Shown piece after piece: positions 19,525 to 27,790 of a stretch of 41,667 nucleotides of DNA; position 1 is the stretch's first letter; each line of letters starts with the position of its first letter. Source of the DNA: Pseudobutyrivibrio sp. (GTDB lineage Bacteria > Bacillota > Clostridia > Lachnospirales > Lachnospiraceae); the NCBI GenBank assembly GCA_017557715.1, contig JAFYYE010000230.1, positions 1 to 41,667 of the forward strand, read 5' to 3'. Made by a program: the position numbers and the translations under genes. The notes beneath the pieces were generated by a model, which was not told the origin of the DNA, did not search any database, and was given only the letters and a program-made list of their open reading frames with translations.

Positions 19525-21070
19525 ACGTTGTAATTATTGGTGGGTGACTAGACCTAAAAGAAAACTAAATTCCATTCCTGAAATTCTTTCAGTATTTGCT
19601 GGCGCTACATTAGAACATCAGTGGGATGGCAGTAGAAGTCTTCATATTCAGTTCGAAGATGCGTTAGAAGATGCAGGGCTAAAAAGAAAAGGAACACGAA
19701 GAGATCAAGGTGGGTCTGGTGGTAGAACTTATGCTGCTTGGCTTCGTTCGTTAGGTTTAATATGTGAAGAAACCACTACTAAGCAAGTTTATTTAACACT
19801 AGCAGGTGAGGCAATTATTGATGGAAAGTCACCAGTACAGGTTTTAAAGAAACAAGTGTTGGATTATCAGTTTCCTTCACATTTCTCTCTTTCTGTAGGG
19901 GTTGATGAACGATTTAAAATTAAGCCTTTTAGATTTTTACTACGTTTATTATTGGATGAAAGAATAGGTTCTTTATCAACAGAAGAAGTCGGTAAAATTG
20001 TTATTACAGAGGCCGAAACTGAAAAAGATTTTGAAAAAATAGTAAATCGAATAATTGCATATAGGAATTTTGGTGATGAAGTATTAGCAGATGATTTTTT
20101 TGAACAATATATTCCGGAGGTAAATCCAGAAGCGCACGACAAATTTCAGAAACTTACAGATATTGCTAATACGATGTTTAATTGGTTAGAATATACCCAA
20201 TTGATTGGAAGAGACACCAAAATTATTTTTATTCCAGAGGAAAAGATTGCTGAAGTAAGAACTATAATAGATAATAAATCTTCTATAATATTAAATGCTG
20301 AAGATGGGGAATTTTTTCAGCGAAAATATGGGATTGATCCATGGCATAAAAAAGATACTAGAAATTTATTAGCAACAAAAACTGTTACTGCTAGAAGTAT
20401 TGATATTCAGAAGATAAAGAATGCATTGATTATTCTTGCATCACAAAAACCAATAAATACGATTGATTTTGATATAATAAATCAAGTCAGTGAAATTACA
20501 GGAACAGATAGAAAGCTTGTTGAGGAAACATTATTATCATCATATCCTCACGGTTTAGTTGGTGGTTTTTTAGCAAATTATTATGAAATGGCATTTAAAG
20601 GAACAGAAGAAGCTGTTGAATTTGAAAAGGCGACAACAGAAATTTTTAACAGCGTGTTTGGGTATAAGGCAATTCATTTAGGACAAACAGGCTCAAAATC
20701 AGCTCCAGACATTCTTTTGCTTTCCGATGATGAAGGATATCAGGCTATTATTGATAATAAGGCATACAGCAAATATAGTATTACTGGTGACCACCATAAT
20801 CGTATGGTTCATAACTATATTGGTAAGATTGGCAATTATAGTGAGAGTCATTATCCATTGGCTTTCTTCTCTTACATAGCAGGCGGATTTATTTCAACTA
20901 TTGATAAGCAGATAGCATCTGAGGTTTATGAATCAAATGTACATGGCTCGGGTATAACGGTTGGAACATTTATAAAAATGGTAGAAAAACATAATGCTAC
21001 CCCTTATTCGCACAAAGAACTTCGAAATATTTTTTCTGTTGATAGAGAAGTTAAGTTAGCTGATATATAG
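19517..21070 (+). CDS. Type IIS-like restriction endonuclease (AlwI-family N-terminus, FokI-like cleavage domain)
   Basis: LTLAGE..KPFRFLL.LL in the N-terminal part; C-terminal FEK....F..VFGY...HLG....APD......IIDNKAYS..Y matches the FokI PD..DxK domain; overlaps the MTase stop. Confidence 0.82.
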   Translation: MSKRCNYWWVTRPKRKLNSIPEILSVFAGATLEHQWDGSRSLHIQFEDALEDAGLKRKGTRRDQGGSGGRTYAAWLRSLGLICEETTTKQVYLTLAGEAIIDGKSPVQVLKKQVLDYQFPSHFSLSVGVDERFKIKPFRFLLRLLLDERIGSLSTEEVGKIVITEAETEKDFEKIVNRIIAYRNFGDEVLADDFFEQYIPEVNPEAHDKFQKLTDIANTMFNWLEYTQLIGRDTKIIFIPEEKIAEVRTIIDNKSSIILNAEDGEFFQRKYGIDPWHKKDTRNLLATKTVTARSIDIQKIKNALIILASQKPINTIDFDIINQVSEITGTDRKLVEETLLSSYPHGLVGGFLANYYEMAFKGTEEAVEFEKATTEIFNSVFGYKAIHLGQTGSKSAPDILLLSDDEGYQAIIDNKAYSKYSITGDHHNRMVHNYIGKIGNYSESHYPLAFFSYIAGGFISTIDKQIASEVYESNVHGSGITVGTFIKMVEKHNATPYSHKELRNIFSVDREVKLADI

Positions 21071-21115
21071 GACATCATAGTTTCTGGTTAAGGTTTTTAT
21101 AATGTATTGGGCAGG

Positions 21116-21349
21116 ATGGTGATTGGAGATATAAAATTGGCTGTTAATGAAAACAATCTAAAAGTTGGAACTAATATTGCAAGACTTCGTAAATTGAAGG
21201 GTATTTCTCAAGAAGATTTTGCTTTTGACATTGGCTATTCTAAAAATCATATTTCGAGCATAGAGCGTGGTAAAAAGAATATTACAAAAAAAGTGGTTGA
21301 CGCTGTTGTTAGATACTTTGATGTAGATGAGGAAGAATTATATAAGTAG
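21116..21349 (+). CDS. XRE-family HTH protein
   Basis: VGTNIARLRKLKGISQEDFA..IGYSKNHISSIERG; start uncertain (21107, 21116 or 21137). Confidence 0.85.
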   Translation: MVIGDIKLAVNENNLKVGTNIARLRKLKGISQEDFAFDIGYSKNHISSIERGKKNITKKVVDAVVRYFDVDEEELYK

Positions 21350-21365
21350 TATATTGGTGGGTGTA

Positions 21366-21545
21366 ATGAAGCTATATTTAAAAGTAACTCCAGATGAATA
21401 TGAATTACCTGTTGCTGTTGCTGAAAACAGAAAGGTACTTGCGGAAATGGTTGGAACTACTCCAGAGTATGTTTCAAGTCAAATTTCAAAAAAGAGTAAA
21501 GGCTGGTGTGTAGTAAATATAGTTGATGAGGATGAAAATAAGTAA
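21366..21545 (+). CDS. Small mobile-element hypothetical protein
   Basis: MKLYLKVTPDEYELPVAVA...LAEMVG; GGTGG RBS. Confidence 0.6.
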   Translation: MKLYLKVTPDEYELPVAVAENRKVLAEMVGTTPEYVSSQISKKSKGWCVVNIVDEDENK

Positions 21546-21565
21546 ATATTTTTAATGAATAATTA

Positions 21566-21596
21566 AAGGAATCTCTAAGGTTTTGAGGTTCCTTTT
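21566..21596 (+). terminator. Intrinsic terminator
   Basis: aaggaatctc..gaggttcctt followed by T-run. Confidence 0.65.
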
Positions 21597-21684
21597 CTAT
21601 TTATTTAACAGAAAAATCTTAAATAAATGCTAAAATAATTCCAATGATGTTGATTGTTACATATTCATATTTTGAGGTTTTATT

Positions 21685-22296
21685 ATGGCTTATTTTATGA
21701 TAAATGACGAACGCAAACAGATTGAAATATATTTTGATGCAGTACCTTCTGTTGATCTGCGAAATGATTTGAAGGAACATGGTTGGCGTTACTTTAGATT
21801 GAACAATTGCTGGTATAAAAAAATCACAGATGAAAATGAAACATATGCACGTTTCATTTGTGATGGTCATGATAAAAAAGATTTGGCACCAACTAAGGGG
21901 ATAGAGATACTATCCACAAAACTGTATGGCAAAGGAGATTCTATTTTTATTAATAATAAAGGGATTAATGTTTTGTTTAAGGGGGCGCGATTTGGAAAAG
22001 ATGAGGAAGGTATTTTAGATTTTTTTACAGAAAATATCACTGATAATACAGTAGCACTTGTGATAAATGAATTGCAGATTAATGGTTATATAGTCAAAGC
22101 TAATAGACGGGGATATAGATGTAAGCCAAACGACTCTGTTGATATGCGTTTTTATATAGATAATAGATATTTGAAAATGATACATGTAAGAGATTACACT
22201 GATATTCATTCTTTAAAAGCAAAGATGAGTTGTTATTTGGGGGAAGAATTGTTACGTGAAAAGGGAGTAGAGTTTAAGATTGATGTGGCGGAATAA
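21685..22296 (+). CDS. Hypothetical protein
   Basis: GAGG RBS; N-terminal IEIYFD..P....RNDLK.HGWR...CWY domain. Confidence 0.65.
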   Translation: MAYFMINDERKQIEIYFDAVPSVDLRNDLKEHGWRYFRLNNCWYKKITDENETYARFICDGHDKKDLAPTKGIEILSTKLYGKGDSIFINNKGINVLFKGARFGKDEEGILDFFTENITDNTVALVINELQINGYIVKANRRGYRCKPNDSVDMRFYIDNRYLKMIHVRDYTDIHSLKAKMSCYLGEELLREKGVEFKIDVAE

Positions 22297-22390
22297 TTCT
22301 ACAAAGTTACATTTGCACACATAATTTTCATATTAATAAAGTATTATAACTATATGAACAATAACCCTAGCTTTTTAAGGGGGTGATTTC

Positions 22391-22597
22391 ATGGTTCGTA
22401 TAGACGAAAATGGATATATTCACACGGGTGATGCTGATATTTCAGATATAGTGCATCTTCTTAAGTTGGATGTGTTTGATACATTTGATGATATTCCATT
22501 GAAAAGACATATTGAGGATTCTGAATTTGATTTAGTTCAAGAATTCAAGAGGAAACGACAAAGTTTTTACAATAAAATAATTAAAGGTGAGTATTAA
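22391..22597 (+). CDS. Small hypothetical protein
   Basis: Strong AAGGGGGTG RBS. Confidence 0.6.
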   Translation: MVRIDENGYIHTGDADISDIVHLLKLDVFDTFDDIPLKRHIEDSEFDLVQEFKRKRQSFYNKIIKGEY

Positions 22598-22627
22598 TTG
22601 GATGAACTAATTACCTTGCTGTTGTGT

Positions 22628-22653
22628 GAGCTGTCCGTGAGGGCAGCTCTTTT
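22628..22653 (+). terminator. Intrinsic terminator
   Basis: gagctgtcc-gtga-gggcagctc-tttt. Confidence 0.8.
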
Positions 22654-22857
22654 AGGATATGTGTAATAATTAAGGGGTTTTAGTTATTAGTGTATCAGTT
22701 AATCGAATCTGATAATATCATTTTTTAAAATTTTAAAAGTAAGTATTGTCATATTATCAGTTTTTTTACTGTCCGATAAAATTCCACATCAGGGTGCTAT
22801 CTTATATTCACAAAGAAACACATAGCAATGATGGATTAATTTCCAGGAGGTAGTACC

Positions 22858-23196
22858 ATGAAAAAGACAATTATTAGCGTATTTGTTATCGCATTAGCAC
22901 TTACATTTGTTGCACCTATACCAGTGGAGGCAAAGACAAAGAGTTCAACTAGCTATTCAACCTCAAAGTCTAAGTCGACAAGTAAAAGCAAATCTTCAAG
23001 TAAATCATCATCAAAGTCAAAGAAAAAGACGTATGATCCTTATGATGCTGATAAGTACAGTTCCGCAGATGATTTTGCGGAAGACAAGTACGAAGAATTC
23101 TACGATTATGAAGATGCTGAAGATGACGATGATGCATATGATGCAGCTGTAGACTACTGGAATAGCAAGAATAAAACGAAAAACAAAAGAAAATAA
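22858..23196 (+). CDS. Secreted Ser/Lys-rich low-complexity protein with acidic C-terminus
   Basis: Signal peptide ending VEA; SKS repeats; AGGAGG RBS. Confidence 0.75.
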   Translation: MKKTIISVFVIALALTFVAPIPVEAKTKSSTSYSTSKSKSTSKSKSSSKSSSKSKKKTYDPYDADKYSSADDFAEDKYEEFYDYEDAEDDDDAYDAAVDYWNSKNKTKNKRK

Positions 23197-23250
23197 GTTT
23201 TTTTCTATATAATGTTTTCACTATGATGTGTAGTTGTAGGAGGCTGTCAT

Positions 23251-23667
23251 ATGGATGAAAGTTATGAATATTTAAAAGAAGCAATAAAATCATACCAATG
23301 TCCTAGTTGTGGCCAACGCGGAAGATGGACTAACACTTGTGAGCTTGCAGTTGATGGTACGGGGATTTATGCAGAGTGTACTGGAAGAATTAATGGTCAG
23401 GAGTGTTACTACATTCTTACTGCTTCAAGTTTGGAAGATTTAATGCAAACAGATGCTAATTTTAGGGCTTTTACAAATAATTTAAATCAGCAGAAAGCTC
23501 CATGGGAGGCAAGTTATTACAATCATCCATGTCCTTATTGCGGTCAATACAAAGTTCGTGATGCAAAATGGGGAGACAAAGCTATTTCGACCGCATTTTG
23601 GGGATTTCTTTCTCATAAATTACATAGTAGATATAAATGTGATGCATGTGGAAATATGTGGGATTAA
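23251..23667 (+). CDS. Double zinc-ribbon protein
   Basis: CPSCG, C..C, CPYCG and CDACG motifs; AGGAGG RBS. Confidence 0.75.
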   Translation: MDESYEYLKEAIKSYQCPSCGQRGRWTNTCELAVDGTGIYAECTGRINGQECYYILTASSLEDLMQTDANFRAFTNNLNQQKAPWEASYYNHPCPYCGQYKVRDAKWGDKAISTAFWGFLSHKLHSRYKCDACGNMWD

Positions 23668-23701
23668 GAGTTGAAATCTTTTATTTGAAAAGGAGTGCGC
23701 T

Positions 23702-23887
23702 ATGGGAATATTCGATGTAGACGAGCAGAAACTTCAAGCTTTATACCATCGTGCATGGATTGAAGCAAATCGTGGTTTTGTAGATCCTAGAAAATATCTT
23801 TATTTAGATGATGCAATCCAGGTATATGTGATGCAGCATGGTTGCTCATATGATGAGGCTTTATTAATAGCAAAAAGAGGATGTTAA
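23702..23887 (+). CDS. Small hypothetical protein
   Basis: AAGGAG RBS, 61 aa. Confidence 0.65.
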   Translation: MGIFDVDEQKLQALYHRAWIEANRGFVDPRKYLYLDDAIQVYVMQHGCSYDEALLIAKRGC

Positions 23888-23916
23888 TTAAGCGGAGAAA
23901 GAAGGAGGTATTCGGT

Positions 23917-24132
23917 ATGTTTCCAGGAAGACCAGTGAGAAATGTAGATGAAATGGCTTTTGATTTTGATGGTGACGATTATCTTGATCCTGCAGAGGAA
24001 GCTGAAATGGCACGTTATCTTGATGATGACGAAGAAGACGAAGATGATGATTTTGATGAAGACTTCGAAGATGAGGATGAAGATGATTGGGATATAGATG
24101 ATGAAGACGATTTTGACGGAGATGATTGGTAA
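23917..24132 (+). CDS. Highly acidic small protein with a DxDGDxxLDxxE loop
   Basis: AAGGAGG RBS before ATG 23917; D/E-rich tail. Confidence 0.65.
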   Translation: MFPGRPVRNVDEMAFDFDGDDYLDPAEEAEMARYLDDDEEDEDDDFDEDFEDEDEDDWDIDDEDDFDGDDW

Positions 24133-24242
24133 AATACAGTAAAATCAAGGCTTTGAGCTGTCCGTTAAAAAGTTAATATTAGCTGATATTATACAATCAA
24201 GGAACAGAAAAACCATATTTTGATTGTCATGGAGGTTCTATT

Positions 24243-24533
24243 ATGTTTGATGATTCGAGATTTGGAAGCGGTTTTGGTGGTGATTCTTTTTTTGATTCTA
24301 ACCATGATGGACATCTTAATGCTTTTGAAAGAGACCATGCTGAATGCTTTTTGCATGACTGTGATACATATGACCAAGTGATTAAAAAAGAAGGTTATTG
24401 TGGAAGCCATACAAGCAGAACGGAACGCGAAAATGCATATTATATTAGCGTTATTAAATGGCAGCTAAAGGCAATAGCTGTACTAGCCATTATAAACTTT
24501 CTTTTAGACTTTATACTTGGTTTGTTTGATTAA
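24243..24533 (+). CDS. Small protein with a DxNxDG loop and C-terminal TM helix
   Basis: GGAGG RBS; DSNHDGHLNAFE; hydrophobic C-terminus. Confidence 0.65.
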   Translation: MFDDSRFGSGFGGDSFFDSNHDGHLNAFERDHAECFLHDCDTYDQVIKKEGYCGSHTSRTERENAYYISVIKWQLKAIAVLAIINFLLDFILGLFD

Positions 24534-24560
24534 ATAGTTCTCTGAAAGGAGCAATCTATA

Positions 24561-24683
24561 ATGTGTAAATTCAAGAGAATTAGATTTTTTACAATTAATA
24601 TTACTTGTGGTTGGTGTGGGAAAGAGATTCCAGTGATAACTACACGACCAACTAAATGCCCTTATTGTGGCATGACATTATAA
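24561..24683 (+). CDS. 40-aa zinc-ribbon micro-protein, copy A (not in ORF track)
   Basis: MCKFKRIRFFTINITCGWCGKEIPVITTRPTKCPYCGMTL; AAGGAG RBS. Confidence 0.65.
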   Translation: MCKFKRIRFFTINITCGWCGKEIPVITTRPTKCPYCGMTL

Positions 24684-24734
24684 AGCTTATTTCTAGAAAC
24701 AATTGTTGTTGATTGTTTTTGTTTGTCATAATAC

Positions 24735-24851
24735 GCAGATGCCGGAATGAAATGATCCTTCCTCTGGGTAGTACGGTATCTGTCCACGGTTACTTCATAG
24801 GCCGTGGCTCAGTCCTGTAGGGGAATAGTTATACGAGGTCAGCAGGAGCAC
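24735..24851 (+). ncRNA. Candidate structured leader or ncRNA
   Basis: GC-rich island with three consecutive stems: gcagatgccg/cggtatctgt, ccacggtt/ggccgtgg, tcctgt/gcagga. Confidence 0.35.
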
Positions 24852-24908
24852 TTTCTAAAATAATCAGTTTTACTGTTTTTATAGCGATGGGATATTGGAG
24901 GTCGCAGT

Positions 24909-25037
24909 ATGTTTAAGAAGATAAAAGTTGGTAAAGTAACTGGTGTTGTCACCAGTTTATGTGTCTGGTGTGGTAATCAGATTCCATGGGTTAGTGGAAA
25001 GCCAACTAAATGCCCATTTTGTGGTAAACCGGTGTAG
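24909..25037 (+). CDS. 42-aa zinc-ribbon micro-protein, copy B (not in ORF track)
   Basis: MFKKIKVGKVTGVVTSLCVWCGNQIPWVSGKPTKCPFCGKPV; GGAGG RBS. Confidence 0.7.
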   Translation: MFKKIKVGKVTGVVTSLCVWCGNQIPWVSGKPTKCPFCGKPV

Positions 25038-25049
25038 GAGGTAATAATT

Positions 25050-25322
25050 ATGGATGTAAATAAAGCGTGGAATAATTTGATAAGACATGAGGGTGAAGTA
25101 TTCCATACAACTCGCGGGCTAGATTTTACATATACAGTTTTTGATAAACCTGAAGGATTTAAAACAAGTAGAACGGACTATCTGTTGTCTAGGAAGAATT
25201 TTGAGAAGGCGTATAATCTTTTGCCTGCAAAGGACACTAAATATTTAGGAGATAATGGTATTAGGGGGCAATCTTATGTTTATGCTTTGCTAACTGATAA
25301 AAGGATTATTTTGGAAGAATAG
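25050..25322 (+). CDS. Conserved hypothetical protein
   Basis: AGGAGG RBS; W..L..HEGEVFHT.RG..FTY ... RGQSYVYA. Confidence 0.7.
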   Translation: MDVNKAWNNLIRHEGEVFHTTRGLDFTYTVFDKPEGFKTSRTDYLLSRKNFEKAYNLLPAKDTKYLGDNGIRGQSYVYALLTDKRIILEE

Positions 25323-25339
25323 TTGCGAGTAGGTGTGAT

Positions 25340-25453
25340 ATGTTTGGAATTGATTGGAACCTAGATGGTGATGTAGACATTATCGATGATCTTATTACGT
25401 TAGACTTGCTCACTGACGATGATGAAGAGGAATCTGAGAATGAAAATAAATAG
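25340..25453 (+). CDS. 37-aa acidic micro-protein with a DxNxDGxVD loop (not in ORF track)
   Basis: MFGIDWNLDGDVDIIDDLITLDLLTDDDEEESENENK; AGGTG RBS. Confidence 0.5.
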   Translation: MFGIDWNLDGDVDIIDDLITLDLLTDDDEEESENENK

Positions 25454-26339
25454 AGTACTGATAATAGCATTAATTGGGTGTCTGCTTATGGGTTGTGTAC
25501 AGACAACAGATGCCTCAATTAGTGATGAAGCAGTAGACAATCATGCCGCAGATAATGATGGAATTCTTGATGCGAAATCAGATGATATTGATAATTCTGC
25601 AAATGAGAAAAATTTAGATGATGTATACCTTCAGTATAAGGCTATTTTGGTTACATTTATGGAATCTGGAGTGTTACCTACGGATGATCGAAATATAGAA
25701 GCGCCAGCAGAAGAAATGAATACAGTGCTTAAATATTCAAGCTTTGCAGTGACAGATATTGATAATGACGATATCGATGAATTAATTGTATATTTTGATG
25801 ATGCTTGCATGGCTGGTATGGTTGCTGTCATTTATGATTATATTGATGGTCAGGCTAAGTATAAGTTTTTGGAATTTCCTAATCTTAGTATTTATGAGAA
25901 TGGTACAATAGAGGCAGGCTGGTCACATAATCAAGGATATGCAGGAGCTTTTTGGCCATATAATTTATATTACTATAATAAAGATACTGATGAATATGTT
26001 GAAGTTGGCTCGGTTGATGCTTATGACAAGGACTTATATGAATGCAATAAAGAGGTTCTTGATGCTAGTGGAAGTTCATTTCCTGAAGAAGCAGACATAG
26101 ACGGAAACGGATTTGTTTATTATATCTATGAGAATGGTTTAGAAGATTATCAAAAGATAGAGCCTGTAGATGATGTCGTATATCAAGAATGGTTAAATCA
26201 ATATACGGACGGCTCGAATAAGATTTCACTTGATTTTTATAGAATTACAGATGAAACTGTTAATAGAATTGGTGATAAAGATTACTTTGAAGAATTAAAG
26301 AATTCAGAATCAAATCTTTACGTGGCACCATATTATTAA
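25440..26339 (+). CDS. Acidic lipoprotein
   Basis: Lipoprotein signal MKINRVLIIALIGCLLMG-C; DIDNDDIDEL and DIDGNG loops. Confidence 0.8.
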   Translation: MKINRVLIIALIGCLLMGCVQTTDASISDEAVDNHAADNDGILDAKSDDIDNSANEKNLDDVYLQYKAILVTFMESGVLPTDDRNIEAPAEEMNTVLKYSSFAVTDIDNDDIDELIVYFDDACMAGMVAVIYDYIDGQAKYKFLEFPNLSIYENGTIEAGWSHNQGYAGAFWPYNLYYYNKDTDEYVEVGSVDAYDKDLYECNKEVLDASGSSFPEEADIDGNGFVYYIYENGLEDYQKIEPVDDVVYQEWLNQYTDGSNKISLDFYRITDETVNRIGDKDYFEELKNSESNLYVAPYY

Positions 26340-26359
26340 AATTATGGGGAGAATATAGC

Positions 26360-26539
26360 ATGAATAAGAAAGATCAAATGACAGTAGAAAATTTTGTTAG
26401 TACAGGCATGGACTTAGAGACGCTATATGACTGCTTTCAGGATTTCTCAAAGGAAGAGATTGCTGAGATTTATCATAAATATAATGCGGCTAAGACTAGG
26501 GTTGAGGCAGATATGAATGTAAGCATTAACTGTTCTTAA
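26360..26539 (+). CDS. 59-aa hypothetical protein (not in ORF track)
   Basis: MNKKDQMTVENFVSTGMDLETLYDCFQDFSKEEIAEIY...INCS; GGGGAG RBS. Confidence 0.6.
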   Translation: MNKKDQMTVENFVSTGMDLETLYDCFQDFSKEEIAEIYHKYNAAKTRVEADMNVSINCS

Positions 26540-26625
26540 ACCTCACGAGATGAGATAATTTAGCTCATGAGAGTTACTCCTTTTCCTGATATAAAATTGC
26601 TAAAATTTTATATTAGGAGTGAGTA

Positions 26626-26973
26626 ATGTCTATGAATAGAGATAAATCATGCATTATTAAGGGAATGGGTTCCAGACTAGAAGAAGTACAACGAAATCTT
26701 GGTCTTACCCAGGATGAAATGGCAGAAATGATGGGGATTTCAAAAGAGCAATATCGTAAGTATTGTAAAGGGCATTCAGAAATACCATCGACTAAGTTAT
26801 TTGTTTTATTTGATAACATGCGCTTTGATATTAAATACGTTATGACAGGAGTTCGTGAGGATGAAGAGGAATCCTTTGAAGAACATTTGTCATCTATGAC
26901 AGAAGAAGGAAGGACAAAATATATAAGAGACATCGTAAATTGTTTTGGTAATAGAATTATAAAGGTATTTTAA
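26626..26973 (+). CDS. XRE-family HTH regulator
   Basis: MGSRLEEVQRNLGLTQDEMAEMMGISKEQYRKYCKG. Confidence 0.85.
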   Translation: MSMNRDKSCIIKGMGSRLEEVQRNLGLTQDEMAEMMGISKEQYRKYCKGHSEIPSTKLFVLFDNMRFDIKYVMTGVREDEEESFEEHLSSMTEEGRTKYIRDIVNCFGNRIIKVF

Positions 26974-26989
26974 TAATAGTGGTAATACT

Positions 26990-27022
26990 AAGATCAAGGT
27001 GGTTAGCTGCCTTGGTCTTTTT
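26990..27022 (+). terminator. Intrinsic terminator
   Basis: aagatcaaggtgg/ctgccttggtctt followed by T-run. Confidence 0.75.
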
Positions 27023-27077
27023 ATTATATTTGGGAGAAACTGCGGGATACTTGTTATGAAAACGGAGGAAGTGAAAA

Positions 27078-27620
27078 ATGGGAAGAAAATCCAAGGATGA
27101 ACAGGGGATTGATATTATATGCGAGGGGAATGGTATTGATCCTGATGTAGATTATGAACTTACAATGATGATGTTTGAGCATCACAGTAGAAGTGTGGTC
27201 GCTGGTAAGATGCTTTCAAGCATTGTTAAACTAGCTAATCCAGATAAGGTAAGACGTCAAATGCGTAAAGATTTTCTTTGGGTAGTTAATCAGCCAATTT
27301 CAGAATCAAAAGACATGCAACAAAGACTGCTCTGGCAGGTGTCAGAGTATGAGTGGCTTATAGAACCAAGAGATTATATCCTTGAAGGAATGAAAGATTA
27401 TGGAAATTCTGGCCCTATATATCACAAGATTATTACTGATTACTATCTTAGGAAGGATAGAAAAACGGTTGATGAGCTTGCTAAAGAGTTAGGTTTTAGC
27501 AGAGCCAGCATTGAGAATAAAAAGCGAGAAGCTATTAAGCTATTTGGAATCATGATGTACCGATATGCTTATGAAAAAGAGCAGGAAGAGGCCGAAAAAG
27601 AAGATAATACTCATAATTAG
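27078..27620 (+). CDS. Putative transcriptional regulator with a C-terminal sigma-region-4/ArpU-like HTH
   Basis: IITDYYL....TVDELAKELGFSRASIENKKREAIKLF. Confidence 0.65.
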   Translation: MGRKSKDEQGIDIICEGNGIDPDVDYELTMMMFEHHSRSVVAGKMLSSIVKLANPDKVRRQMRKDFLWVVNQPISESKDMQQRLLWQVSEYEWLIEPRDYILEGMKDYGNSGPIYHKIITDYYLRKDRKTVDELAKELGFSRASIENKKREAIKLFGIMMYRYAYEKEQEEAEKEDNTHN

Positions 27621-27627
27621 CCTGATT

Positions 27628-27662
27628 ATGCCTACAGTTTTTGTGACTGTGGGCATTTTTTT
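27628..27662 (+). terminator. Intrinsic terminator
   Basis: atgcctacagt / actgtgggcat followed by T-run. Confidence 0.8.
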
Positions 27663-27669
27663 ATGGATG

Positions 27670-27790
27670 TGTTAGACACTTGTTTGACACCTGTTAGGGA
27701 ATCGCTAGACATCTGTTAGATAGATGTTAGACATCCGCTAAACAACTGTTAGACGAGTGTTAGACTAAGATTAGACTATTGTTAGGGCTT
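27670..27790. repeat. 11 tandem degenerate 11-bp units, consensus TGTTAGACnnn
   Basis: Units start at 27670, 27681, 27692, 27703, 27714, 27725, 27736, 27747, 27758, 27769 and 27780. Confidence 0.9.

Noticed and set aside
21116-21349. R-M controller (C) protein
   Set aside because: It lies downstream of the endonuclease, not upstream, and no clear C-box inverted repeats were seen
22940-24125. SKS and D/E codon runs as DNA repeat elements
   Set aside because: Explained by low-complexity protein sequence in the 22858 and 23917 ORFs
24735-24851. Known self-cleaving ribozyme or riboswitch class
   Set aside because: I could not match hammerhead, twister, twister-sister, pistol, hatchet or common riboswitch consensus by eye; left as an unassigned structure
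27670-27790. CRISPR array
   Set aside because: Units are 11 bp and contiguous with no unique spacers, and there are no cas genes
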